Shown: positions 25,875-33,661 of the stretch, in pieces
Position numbering within the stretch: position 1 is the stretch's first letter
Layout: the number at the start of each line of letters is the position of its first letter
Source: Acidimicrobiaceae bacterium
GTDB lineage: Bacteria > Actinomycetota > Acidimicrobiia > Acidimicrobiales > Palsa-688
DNA: 52,356 nt
Assembly: GCA_030838045.1 (NCBI GenBank)
Contig: JAUTXN010000137.1
Location: 1 to 52,356, forward strand
Direction of reading: 5' to 3'
Position numbers and translations under genes: made by a program
The notes under the pieces: generated by a model
What the model saw: the letters and a program-made list of their open reading frames with translations, nothing else
Told to the model about the DNA's origin: nothing
The model's database searches: none

Positions 25875-27415
25875 CAGACGACCACGTTGGCCGAGCCGGC
25901 CTTCTTGTTCAGGTACACGACCCAGGTGATGGCCGCGAAGCCCAGGTAGCAGACGAAGAACACCCAGAGGGCCGGGACCGACCAGTTGGAATGGGCCGCC
26001 GCCACCGAGACCTTGGCCGCGGGGGTCTTGGCCGCCTTCACCAGCGCCGACACGTTGAGGCTGGCTTGGCGCAGCGCCACTTGGATGAGCACCCCGCCGA
26101 AGGCCCCGATGGCGCCCGCGATGCCGATGACCGCGGCCGCCCGGCGCTTGTACTCGACCGCCGCCGCAGCCGGCTCGGCACCGGTCTCGGCCGCGTGCGT
26201 GCGACCGAGCAGGGCGAAGATCGAAGGGATCATCTTGTAGGTGGACCCGTTGCCCAGGCCGCTCAAGAAGAAGATCACCATGTAGGAGCCGAAGAACAGT
26301 GCGAAGCTGCGGTTCTCGACCCCGACGATCGCCGCTGCGGTGAACACCGCCATGCCAATGAAGACGACCAGGGTGACCCGGGCCCCGCCGACCTGGTCGG
26401 ACAGCCAGCCGCCGACCGGCCGGGACAGCGAACCGATGAGGGCGCCGACGAAGCCCAGCCCCGCCAGGTAGGTGGCGATGAAGGGGTGCCCGGCCAGGAA
26501 CTCCGGAAAGGTGTTCTTGATGACCAGCGGGAGGGCGAACGAGAAGCCGATGAACGACCCGAACGTGCCGATGTACAGCACCGACATGATCCAGGTCTGG
26601 CCATTGCGCAGTGCCATGACGTAGGACTTGGTGTCGGCCTTGGCCTGCGTGAGGCTGTCCATGAAGACCCACGCGCCGATCGATGCGATGGCGATGAGGG
26701 GCAACCACATCAGCCCGGCGTAGGCCAGGTGCACCTGGTGCTTGGGCAGCTTGACGGCCTTGGAGGCGACTCCGATGATGATCACCAAGGGCACGAACAG
26801 CTGGGCCACGGCGACGCCGAGGTTGCCCCCTGCGGCGTTCAGGCCGAGGGCGAAGCCCTTCTTCTTCTCCGGATAGAAGAACGAGATGTTCGCCATCGAC
26901 GACGAGAAGTTGCCGCCGCCGAGCCCGGCGGTGGCGGCGCAGAGGAACAGCACCCAGAACTGACCGCTGTGACTTTGGTGGGCCAGCCAGCCGCTCGGCA
27001 CGACCACCGCCAGCAGTACGGCGGGGATGAACAGCAGCGAGGCACTGATCGTGGTCCACGCCCGGCCGCCGAAGCGGGGCACGGCGAAGGTGTAGGGGAT
27101 CCGCAGGATCGACCCGATGAGGTTGGGCACCAGCGTGAGCATGAACTGCTCTGACAGCGACATCGTGATGCCAATGTTGGCCAGGTTGATGACGATGATC
27201 GTCCAGATGACCCAGACGCTGAATCCGATGTGCTCGGCGAAGATGGAGAGCGCCAGGTTTCGCTTGGCGATCTTCTGTCCTGTCTCACCCCAGAACTGTT
27301 CGTCGTCGGGCTCCCAGCGGTCGATCCAATGACCACGGCGAGGGGGATCGACCGTGGCGATGGTCGGGGAGTCCAAGGCGTCGGCTGTGGTGGGGGCATC
27401 GATGACCGTGCTCAT
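25874..27415 (-). CDS. narK: MFS nitrate/nitrite transporter
   Basis: It has twelve-TM MFS character and NarK signatures (GGGNFSSSMANISFFYPEKKKGFALGLNAGGGNLG-type box: GLGGGNFSSSMANISFFYPEKKKGFALGLNAAGGNLGVAV). ATG 27415 verified. The stop overlaps the nirB ATG by 1 nt (TGATG). Confidence 0.9.
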   Translation of the reverse strand: MSTVIDAPTTADALDSPTIATVDPPRRGHWIDRWEPDDEQFWGETGQKIAKRNLALSIFAEHIGFSVWVIWTIIVINLANIGITMSLSEQFMLTLVPNLIGSILRIPYTFAVPRFGGRAWTTISASLLFIPAVLLAVVVPSGWLAHQSHSGQFWVLFLCAATAGLGGGNFSSSMANISFFYPEKKKGFALGLNAAGGNLGVAVAQLFVPLVIIIGVASKAVKLPKHQVHLAYAGLMWLPLIAIASIGAWVFMDSLTQAKADTKSYVMALRNGQTWIMSVLYIGTFGSFIGFSFALPLVIKNTFPEFLAGHPFIATYLAGLGFVGALIGSLSRPVGGWLSDQVGGARVTLVVFIGMAVFTAAAIVGVENRSFALFFGSYMVIFFLSGLGNGSTYKMIPSIFALLGRTHAAETGAEPAAAAVEYKRRAAAVIGIAGAIGAFGGVLIQVALRQASLNVSALVKAAKTPAAKVSVAAAHSNWSVPALWVFFVCYLGFAAITWVVYLNKKAGSANVVV

Positions 27416-27555
27416 GTCGATCAGGAAAGACGACTTCTGTGTTCCGGCCGTTGCCGCCCGGTGAATCGTCGTGGTCCAGTCCCGCACGCCGGCGCCGCTG
27501 GTGGATGTGAGCTTTCTGACCCCAACCTGTCGGACTCGCGCTCCGGCACCGGCAG

Positions 27556-27621
27556 CCGATCAGGTGCCGATCAGGTGCCGATCAGGTGCCGATCAGGAGT
27601 CGATCAGGTGTCGATCAGGTG
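27556..27621. repeat. six head-to-tail 11-bp direct repeats (ccgatcaggtg x3, ccgatcaggag, tcgatcaggtg x2) in the narK/nnaR divergent promoter
   Basis: Read directly on lines 27541-27660. The array lies 67 bp upstream of the nnaR ATG (27688) and 141 bp upstream of the narK ATG (27415). Confidence 0.95.
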
Positions 27622-27687
27622 GACGTCAGCACCCGTTCTCCAGATGGACATCAAACGGGAACGAGCCGTTCACGGACCCGCCTCAGT

Positions 27688-28818
27688 ATGAATTACCCAA
27701 TGTCCTTACGTCCGCTGGACGGCTTCGTTGTCGGCATCACCGCCGACCGGCGCTGGGAGGAACAAGCCGAATTGCTGTCACGCCGTGGGGCGACGATCGT
27801 CCACGGGCCGACCATCACGACCCTCTACCTGGCCTCCGACGACAACCTGCGACTGGCCACCCGGGCCCTGATCGACCAACCTCCGGACTACCTGGTGGCG
27901 ACCACGGGGATCGGTATGCGGGCCTGGCTCGACACGGCGACGACATGGGGCGTGGTCAACGAGCTCACGGCTGCGCTGGGCCGGGCCCGCATCGTCGCTC
28001 GGGGTCCGAAGGCCGCAGCGGCACTGCAGATCGGCGGGCTCGACGTCTGGCAACGGTCACCCACCGAGCAGATGCAAGCTCTGACTGACATCCTGCTCGC
28101 CGAGCCGTTGAAGGGCCGGCGCGTCGCGGTGCAGGAATACGGGATGGAGAGTCCAGAGCTGGTCGAGGTGCTGACTGGCGCGGGAGCGACCGTCGTCACC
28201 GTGCCGGTGTACCGATGGCGGGTCCCTGCCGACCTCGAACCGGCGCGCCGGCTGGTCAGGGCCGCCTGCTCGGGACAGCTCGACGCCATCACCTTCACCA
28301 GCGCGCCGGCGGTGCACAACCTGTTCGCCATGGCCGAAGCTCCCGGAGACGCCGACCTCCTCCGCCAGGCCCTGAATGGTCCGGTCACCGCGGCCTGTGT
28401 CGGACCGGTCTGCGCCGAAGGTGCCCGCCAGGAAGGCGTGGACGACCCCTTGACGCCGTCGGTGGGCCGTCTCGGGCTCCTGGTCCGGGCGCTGGGGGAT
28501 CACCTCAGCCAACGTCGACGGGTCTACCGCCTGGGGGGCCACGAGGTGGTCGTACAGGGCGGCGCCATCGAACTCGACGGTGCCGTCGACCAGCTGGCGC
28601 CCAAAGAGCGGGCGATCCTGGATCTCTTGGCCCGCAAGCCTGGGGCGGTCGTGGGCCGTGAGACCTTCCTCACCCGGGTGTGGGGATGCCCCGATACCGA
28701 TCCGCACCTGCTCGAAGTGGCCATCGGCCGCCTTCGCCGCCGGCTCGGGCCAGCCGGTGTGGCGCTCCAGGCGATCGCCGGTCGGGGCTACCGCCTCGAA
28801 CCCGACCAACCTTCGTAG
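27688..28818 (+). CDS. nnaR: NnaR-type regulator: uroporphyrinogen-III synthase (HemD)-like domain fused to an OmpR/PhoB winged-helix DNA-binding domain
   Basis: The HemD-like part is LDGFVVGITADRRWEEQAELLSRRGATIVHGPTI...VATTGIGMRAW...RVAVQEYG...AITFTSAPAV. The C-terminal wHTH is LAPKERAILDLLARKPGAVVGRETFLTRVWG...LLEVAIGRLRRRLG...IAGRGYRL. This architecture and its position next to narK/nirBD match the described Streptomyces/Mycobacterium NnaR. The start is ATG 27688 or 27700. Confidence 0.85.
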   Translation: MNYPMSLRPLDGFVVGITADRRWEEQAELLSRRGATIVHGPTITTLYLASDDNLRLATRALIDQPPDYLVATTGIGMRAWLDTATTWGVVNELTAALGRARIVARGPKAAAALQIGGLDVWQRSPTEQMQALTDILLAEPLKGRRVAVQEYGMESPELVEVLTGAGATVVTVPVYRWRVPADLEPARRLVRAACSGQLDAITFTSAPAVHNLFAMAEAPGDADLLRQALNGPVTAACVGPVCAEGARQEGVDDPLTPSVGRLGLLVRALGDHLSQRRRVYRLGGHEVVVQGGAIELDGAVDQLAPKERAILDLLARKPGAVVGRETFLTRVWGCPDTDPHLLEVAIGRLRRRLGPAGVALQAIAGRGYRLEPDQPS

Positions 28819-28866
28819 CGTCGTCGCGTCGTAGCTTCGTCGCTCGTCGCGTCGTAGCTCGTCGCG
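28813..28866. repeat. degenerate 7-8-bp tandem repeat TCGTMGC(G) x7, overlapping the nnaR stop codon
   Basis: The array reads tcgtagcg tcgtcgcg tcgtagct tcgtcgc tcgtcgcg tcgtagc tcgtcgcg. At a larger scale, a 17-mer (gtcgtcgcgtcgtagct / ctcgtcgcgtcgtagct) is repeated with a 23-bp period. Confidence 0.7.
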
Positions 28867-28941
28867 GTGGCTGGTGACGTCAGTGTTCACCGCCCTCGCC
28901 GCATCGGAGCCGTGATCGGCGATGACCGCTAGTTTCGCTGG

Positions 28942-29859
28942 GTGGCCCGAGAGACCGATGAACCCACCGCCAGCACGGGGCTGGGCACCGCCGCGGTCGT
29001 CACTGCGGTCTTCTTCTGGGGCATGGGCAACGTTCTGGTCAAGTACATCCGCCTCCCCGGGCTGGCGTTGGCGTTTTACCGGCTGGTCGTGGGGGCGGTC
29101 GTCTATTCGATCGTGCTGCGCGTGGCCGGAGGCCGTCTGACGAGGCAGATGATCCTGGCCGCCGCCCCGGGCGGTATTGCGTTCGGCTTGGACATGGCGC
29201 TGTTCTTCGTCTCGCTCAAGCACACGTCCGTGGCTGACGCCAGCGTGATCACGGCGCTGCAGCCCGCCTTGGTGTTCCTGGTGGCGGGTCCCCTGTTCGC
29301 CGAGCGGTTGAGTCGCCGGATGGTCGGGTGGACGGCCGTCGCCGTGGTGGGTGTCGTGATCGCGATCGTCGGGTCGTCGGCCGGTGCGGGCCGGACCCTC
29401 TTCGGGGACCTGGCCGCGGCGGTGTCGCTGTTCGCCTGGTCGTACTACTTCGTCGCCTCGAAGCAGGCCCGCCAGAAGCTCAGCGCCCTGGAGTACCAGG
29501 CGGCCATGACGGTCGTGGCGGCGTTCGTGATCGCGCCGCTGGCCCTGGCGCAGCCGTCCGACCTGAGCGTGCCCGACCTGGCCACCGTCGGCTGGATCAT
29601 GGTCATGGTGCTCGTGCCCGGCGGCGGCCACCTCCTCGTCAACTGGGCCCACCGGTACAGCTCGATCGCACTGGCCTCCACGCTTACCCTGGGAATCCCG
29701 GTGGTCGGGGTGATCGGCGCCGCCGTCTTGCTGTCCGAGCCGCTCACCGCGGTCCAGATGTTCGGCATCGGTGTCGCGCTGGTCGCCTTGACTCTGGTCC
29801 TGCGCCGGCCGCCGCCAGCCCGGGCGCCGTCGCGGGCCGAGGCGCCGGAGCTGCTCTGA
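28942..29859 (+). CDS. EamA/DMT-family transporter
   Basis: It has ten hydrophobic helices in two EamA halves (VFFWGMGNVLVKY...; LFAWSYYFVASKQ...). It starts at GTG. Confidence 0.85.
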   Translation: MARETDEPTASTGLGTAAVVTAVFFWGMGNVLVKYIRLPGLALAFYRLVVGAVVYSIVLRVAGGRLTRQMILAAAPGGIAFGLDMALFFVSLKHTSVADASVITALQPALVFLVAGPLFAERLSRRMVGWTAVAVVGVVIAIVGSSAGAGRTLFGDLAAAVSLFAWSYYFVASKQARQKLSALEYQAAMTVVAAFVIAPLALAQPSDLSVPDLATVGWIMVMVLVPGGGHLLVNWAHRYSSIALASTLTLGIPVVGVIGAAVLLSEPLTAVQMFGIGVALVALTLVLRRPPPARAPSRAEAPELL

Positions 29860-29886
29860 GCCGATCGACGGATCCGCTCGGCGGTC

Positions 29887-29998
29887 GGCCGCGTTGACCG
29901 TTTGACCGTCGGCCGGTCTCCCATCGGCCGGTCTGCCGGTCTGCCGGTCTGCCGGTCTGCCCGCCGGCCGCGTTGACCGGTTGGCCGTCGGCCCGTCT
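29887..29998. repeat. composite repeat: two ~33-bp direct repeats flanking (ccggtctg)x4
   Basis: The flanking units are ggccgcgttgaccgtttgaccgtcggccggtct (29887-29919) and ggccgcgttgaccggttggccgtcggcccgtct (29966-29998). Four perfect octamers lie at 29928-29959. The element sits in the convergent spacer between the EamA stop (29859) and the CapA stop (30013). Confidence 0.85.
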
Positions 29999-30012
29999 GC
30001 CGTCGGCTTCGT

Positions 30013-31176
30013 TCAGCTCCCGCTGTCGATCTGGACACCGAGTTGGTCGGTGTGCAGCGAGTTGATCGCAGTCTCGGTGCGCTGACTCGAGTCGAGGAGT
30101 TGCTGGCGCAGACCCGGGTCCAAGCCCGGCATCTTCAGGTCCTCGGGGACGGGAAGGACGGTCATTGTCTGTGGATCGACGAACGTCGGGGTGTACTTGA
30201 TCTGGGTGACCACATAGCGGTCGCCCTCTTTGGCCACCGTGGCTCGCATGATGATGCCGTCTCGGGTCTGGGGCGTATCGCAGCACGGCGCGTGCTTCGA
30301 CAGGAAATTGCCCACGCCGTAGACGACGTATTTGCCGTTGATCCGCTCGATCGGCTGCACCACATGCACGTGGCAGCCGTAGAGGAAGTCGATGTCCGGT
30401 GACGCCAGTAAGGCCTGGGCCAGCGCCTTCTGTTGCGCCGTCGGCGCCGACTGGTACTCCTGGCCCCAGTGCAGCGCCACCATGACGAACTGCGCCCCGG
30501 CCAACCGGGCCTGATGGGCATCGGCCAAGATGCGGCGGGTGTCGATGATGTCGACCAGCCACGGCTTGTCTTTCGGCACCGGAATTCCGTTGAGCCCGTA
30601 CGTGTAATCCAGATGGGCGACGCGGACGCCACGGACGTCATAGATCTGCCACGACCGTTCGGAGGCACTGCGGGCGGTGCCCACGTGGAGCAGGTGCGCC
30701 GCGTCCAGCGCGTCCAGCGTGGCCTGAACCCCCGCCGCGCCCTGGTCGAGCGAGTGGTTGGAAGCCGTGGTGCACGTCTTGAAGCCGGCCCAACTGGCGG
30801 CGGCTGCAATCTCATTGGGTGCGTTGAAGCTCGGGTAATAGCTGATCCTCTTGTCGTCGGGCGACAGTGGCGTCTCCATGTGGCAGACCGCCAGGTCGGC
30901 GGCCGCGAGGATGGGGCGCACCTGGGCCAGGAGGGGTCGGAAGTCGTATCCCTGGCCGCCAGCCAAGGCTCGGGCGGCCTGCGTGACCGGTTCGTGCATG
31001 AGGAGATCGCCGGTCGTGTCGATTGTGAAGGTACCGGGGGGCTCGGTGGTCGGCGCCGCGGTCGGGCTCGGCTTCGATGTCGGGGCCGAGCGCTTGTCGG
31101 AGGTCCCGGGCCCCGCTTGGCGGCCGTGGGTGCAGCCACCGACGGCGACCACGACCGCGCACCCGGCGGCCGCCAT
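30013..31176 (-). CDS. CapA-family (PGA_cap metallophosphatase-like) lipoprotein
   Basis: FTIDTTGDLLMH, AADLAVCHMETPLS, CTTASNHSLDQG, VMVALHWGQEY and FLYGCHVHVVQP are CapA/metallophosphoesterase blocks. The lipobox is VAVGGC. ATG 31176 is preferred because it avoids overlap with the upstream Zn-ribbon ORF. TTG/ATG 31230 is possible and would add a basic n-region. Confidence 0.85.
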   Translation of the reverse strand: MAAAGCAVVVAVGGCTHGRQAGPGTSDKRSAPTSKPSPTAAPTTEPPGTFTIDTTGDLLMHEPVTQAARALAGGQGYDFRPLLAQVRPILAAADLAVCHMETPLSPDDKRISYYPSFNAPNEIAAAASWAGFKTCTTASNHSLDQGAAGVQATLDALDAAHLLHVGTARSASERSWQIYDVRGVRVAHLDYTYGLNGIPVPKDKPWLVDIIDTRRILADAHQARLAGAQFVMVALHWGQEYQSAPTAQQKALAQALLASPDIDFLYGCHVHVVQPIERINGKYVVYGVGNFLSKHAPCCDTPQTRDGIIMRATVAKEGDRYVVTQIKYTPTFVDPQTMTVLPVPEDLKMPGLDPGLRQQLLDSSQRTETAINSLHTDQLGVQIDSGS

Positions 31177-31190
31177 CCGACGTGCCGCCT

Positions 31191-31385
31191 TCAGTCGCAG
31201 CACGAGTCCCGCCAGCCGCAGTGGGGGCACCGGTAGTGCGCATGCTCCGGTCGCATCTGGGCGTCACAGTGCGGGCAGCTCGAGAAGATGCCGTGCGGCG
31301 ACTGGGACAGGGTGCCCGGTGCAGGTGACGCTTCGCGGTCGCGGTCGCGGTGGTGGGTGGCCGAATCCATGACGTGAGTCTGCAC
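31191..31385 (-). CDS. zinc-ribbon miniprotein (hypothetical, 59-64 aa)
   Basis: It has two CPHC knuckles, SSCPHCDAQMRPEHAHYRCPHCGWRDSCCD. Its stop lies 12 nt before the CapA ATG. There is no family assignment. Confidence 0.45.
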   Translation of the reverse strand: MQTHVMDSATHHRDRDREASPAPGTLSQSPHGIFSSCPHCDAQMRPEHAHYRCPHCGWRDSCCD

Positions 31386-31435
31386 TGAGCCGGCGTGCAG
31401 GGCGCGGATTTGCGACGGCGGCCCGGTAGGGTCCG

Positions 31436-33082
31436 GTGGTCGTGTTGGCGGCCAAGAGCGTTTCGGTGAGCCGAGGTAGCCAGGTCATCTTGGATCAGGT
31501 CAACCTGGCGGTCGGCCCGGGGAGTCGGGTCGGACTGGTCGGACCCAACGGCATTGGCAAAACCACCCTCTTGCGTGTGCTGGCCGGCCTCGAATCCGTG
31601 GATTCGGGAATGGTCGAGAGGATGCCGGCGTCGCTGTCGATCGGCTACCTCGAACAGGAGCCCGACGCGGTGGCGGGCGAGACGTTGCTCGACTACCTCT
31701 CGCGCCGTACCGGGGTGACGGCGGCGTCGGCCGACCTCGACCGCTTCACTGCGCTTCTGGAGACCGACCCTTCGGCGGTGGAGGGCTACACCGACGCCCT
31801 CGACGCCTTCTTGGCCCGAGGCGGGGACGACTTCGGGAGCCGGGCGGCGTCGGTGTGCGCCGAGGTCGGCCTGGGCGACCGCTTGGGCGTGGCGGTGACC
31901 GATCTCTCCGGTGGCCAGGCGGCCCGGGCGGGACTGGCGTCGATCTTGTTGTCCCGCTTCGATGTCTTCCTGCTCGACGAGCCCACCAACGATCTCGATT
32001 TCTCGGGTTTGGACCAGTTGGAGCGCTTCCTCGCCGGGGTGACCGGTGGCGTGGCCGTGGTGTCGCACGACCGGGCATTCCTCGATCGGTCGGTGAACCG
32101 GATCGTCGAGATCGCCGAAGAGAGCCATCGGTCGGTCGAATACGCCGGAGGTTGGACGGACTATGTCGAGGCCCGGGCCCTTGGGCGCCGCCAGCAGGAA
32201 GAGGCCTTCCGCCGCTACAGCGAGGAGCGTCGCCGGTTGAACGATCGGATCCGCACGCAGCGCACGTGGTCCGAGCACGGCGTGGCGGCCCGAAAGCGCA
32301 AGCCCCGCGACCATGACAAGGCCCAGCAGGGATTCTTCCAGGACCGCACAGAGAAACAGGCCGCCAAGGTGCGGGCCAGCGAGAAACGTCTCGAGCGACT
32401 CGAGCGCACCGATGCCACTGCCAAACCATGGGAAGGCTGGCAACTCCAGCTTTCGTTGGCGCCCGAGCGGCGTTCGGGCGATGTCGTGGTCCGCCTCGCG
32501 GGAGCGGTGGCCGAGCGGGGATCGTTTTCACTCGGCCCGGTCGACCTGGAGATCGGTTGGGCGGAGCGGGTCGCCATTCTCGGTCCCAACGGGGCAGGCA
32601 AGACCACCCTGCTGCGGGCCATCCTCGGCGAGCTGCCGCTGGCCGCCGGTCAGCGGTGGTCCGGGCCATCGGTGGTGTTCGGGAACCTGGACCAGGGACG
32701 GGCCGGTCTGGCGACACCGGCGGGGATCGTCCTCCCCAGCTTCGTGGCGGCCACCGGGCTGCTGCAGGCCGAAGCCCGCTCCCTGTTGGCCAAATTCGGT
32801 CTCGGGGCAGAGCACACCAGCAGGCCGCTGTCCGCGTTGTCGCCGGGGGAGCGCACCCGGCTGATCCTGGCGGTTCTCGTGGCCGGAGGCATCAACTGTC
32901 TGGTGCTCGACGAACCCACCAACCACCTCGACCTCCCAGCCATCGAGCAGCTGGAGGTGGCCCTCAATGCCTTCGAAGGAACGTTGATCTGTGTGAGCCA
33001 CGATCGTTGGCTTCTCGAGGCCATCGAGTTCGACCGCTCGATCCTCGTCGAGGACGGTCAGATCTCACTTCACTCGGCCTGA
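31436..33082 (+). CDS. ABC-F family ATPase (two NBDs, no TMD)
   Basis: The first NBD has Walker A GPNGIGKTT, signature LSGGQAARAGL and Walker B VFLLDEPTNDLD. A long Arg/Lys-rich linker follows (RRQQEEAFRRYSEERRRLNDRIRTQ...KQAAKVRASEKRLERLE). The second NBD has GPNGAGKTT, LSPGERTRL and CLVLDEPTNHLD. Confidence 0.9.
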   Translation: MVVLAAKSVSVSRGSQVILDQVNLAVGPGSRVGLVGPNGIGKTTLLRVLAGLESVDSGMVERMPASLSIGYLEQEPDAVAGETLLDYLSRRTGVTAASADLDRFTALLETDPSAVEGYTDALDAFLARGGDDFGSRAASVCAEVGLGDRLGVAVTDLSGGQAARAGLASILLSRFDVFLLDEPTNDLDFSGLDQLERFLAGVTGGVAVVSHDRAFLDRSVNRIVEIAEESHRSVEYAGGWTDYVEARALGRRQQEEAFRRYSEERRRLNDRIRTQRTWSEHGVAARKRKPRDHDKAQQGFFQDRTEKQAAKVRASEKRLERLERTDATAKPWEGWQLQLSLAPERRSGDVVVRLAGAVAERGSFSLGPVDLEIGWAERVAILGPNGAGKTTLLRAILGELPLAAGQRWSGPSVVFGNLDQGRAGLATPAGIVLPSFVAATGLLQAEARSLLAKFGLGAEHTSRPLSALSPGERTRLILAVLVAGGINCLVLDEPTNHLDLPAIEQLEVALNAFEGTLICVSHDRWLLEAIEFDRSILVEDGQISLHSA

Positions 33083-33173
33083 GATCACCGCACCGATGAG
33101 TCGGCGTGCCATGGCTCGTCTCATAGACAAATGCACAGCGCCCGGCCCCGGGCAGGCGTAGGGAGGACGAGAA

Positions 33174-33656
33174 ATGCCAAAGCTGACCAAGATCACCCCC
33201 TGTCTGTGGTTCGACACCGAAAGCGAGGCGGCGGCGACGTTCTACACCAGCATCTTCGACAACTCGCGCATCGTTGACGTCACCCGTTACGGGTCCTCGG
33301 GCCCACGCCCCGAGGGGATGGTCATGACCGTGACCTTCGAGCTCGACGGGCAGGAGTTCGTGGCGTTGAACGGCGGTCCGGAGTTCACCTTCGACGAAGC
33401 GATCTCATTCCAGGTGAACTGCGAGTCGCAGGCCGAGGTCGACGAGTTCTGGGCCAAGCTCTCCGAAGGCGGCCAGGAGGGCCCATGCGGCTGGCTCACA
33501 GACAAGTACGGCGTGTCGTGGCAGGTCATCCCCACCGTCTTGGACGAGCTGATTCGCGACCCGGATCCGGAGAAGTCGCAGCGTGTCATGAAGGCGATGC
33601 TCTCAATGACCAAGATCGATTCCGCGGAACTGCAACGCGCAGCCGACCAGGTCTGA
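33174..33656 (+). CDS. VOC-superfamily protein, PhnB/3-demethylubiquinone-methyltransferase-like
   Basis: ITPCLWFDTESEAAATFYTSIF...VMTVTFELDGQEFVALNGGPEFTFDEAISFQV.C..Q.EVD.FW.KL...G....CGWL.DKYGVSWQV is the characteristic motif series. Confidence 0.88.
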   Translation: MPKLTKITPCLWFDTESEAAATFYTSIFDNSRIVDVTRYGSSGPRPEGMVMTVTFELDGQEFVALNGGPEFTFDEAISFQVNCESQAEVDEFWAKLSEGGQEGPCGWLTDKYGVSWQVIPTVLDELIRDPDPEKSQRVMKAMLSMTKIDSAELQRAADQV

Positions 33657-33661
33657 CGAAC

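Noticed and set aside
23256-25949. An 897-aa plus-strand ORF antisense to nirB. Analogous long antisense or off-frame ORFs are 925..2355, 10736..11710, 11738..12775, 16349..17911, 28057..29652, 30812..32443, 35025..36422, 36419..38044, 39442..41082, 41714..42913, 46716..47912 and 48239..49363.
   Set aside because: These have the composition typical of non-coding frames in ~70% GC DNA (very rich in Arg/Gly/Pro/Ala/His, no recognisable motifs). Each lies opposite, or out of frame with, a gene that has strong family signatures.
23211-27059. A 1282-aa ORF that looks like a giant NirB-containing protein.
   Set aside because: Only the C-terminal 887 aa (from ATG 25874) are NirB. The N-terminal ~395 aa are an Arg/Gly/Pro-rich off-frame read across the narK gene, which has its own clean MFS frame (25874..27415).
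27416-27687. GlnR boxes (gTnAc-n6-GaAAc) in the narK/nnaR promoter.
   Set aside because: Only loose fragments (gttcac, gggaac, tcaaac) without the 11-nt register were seen near 27640-27675. I cannot support a GlnR site by eye, and it needs a PWM scan.
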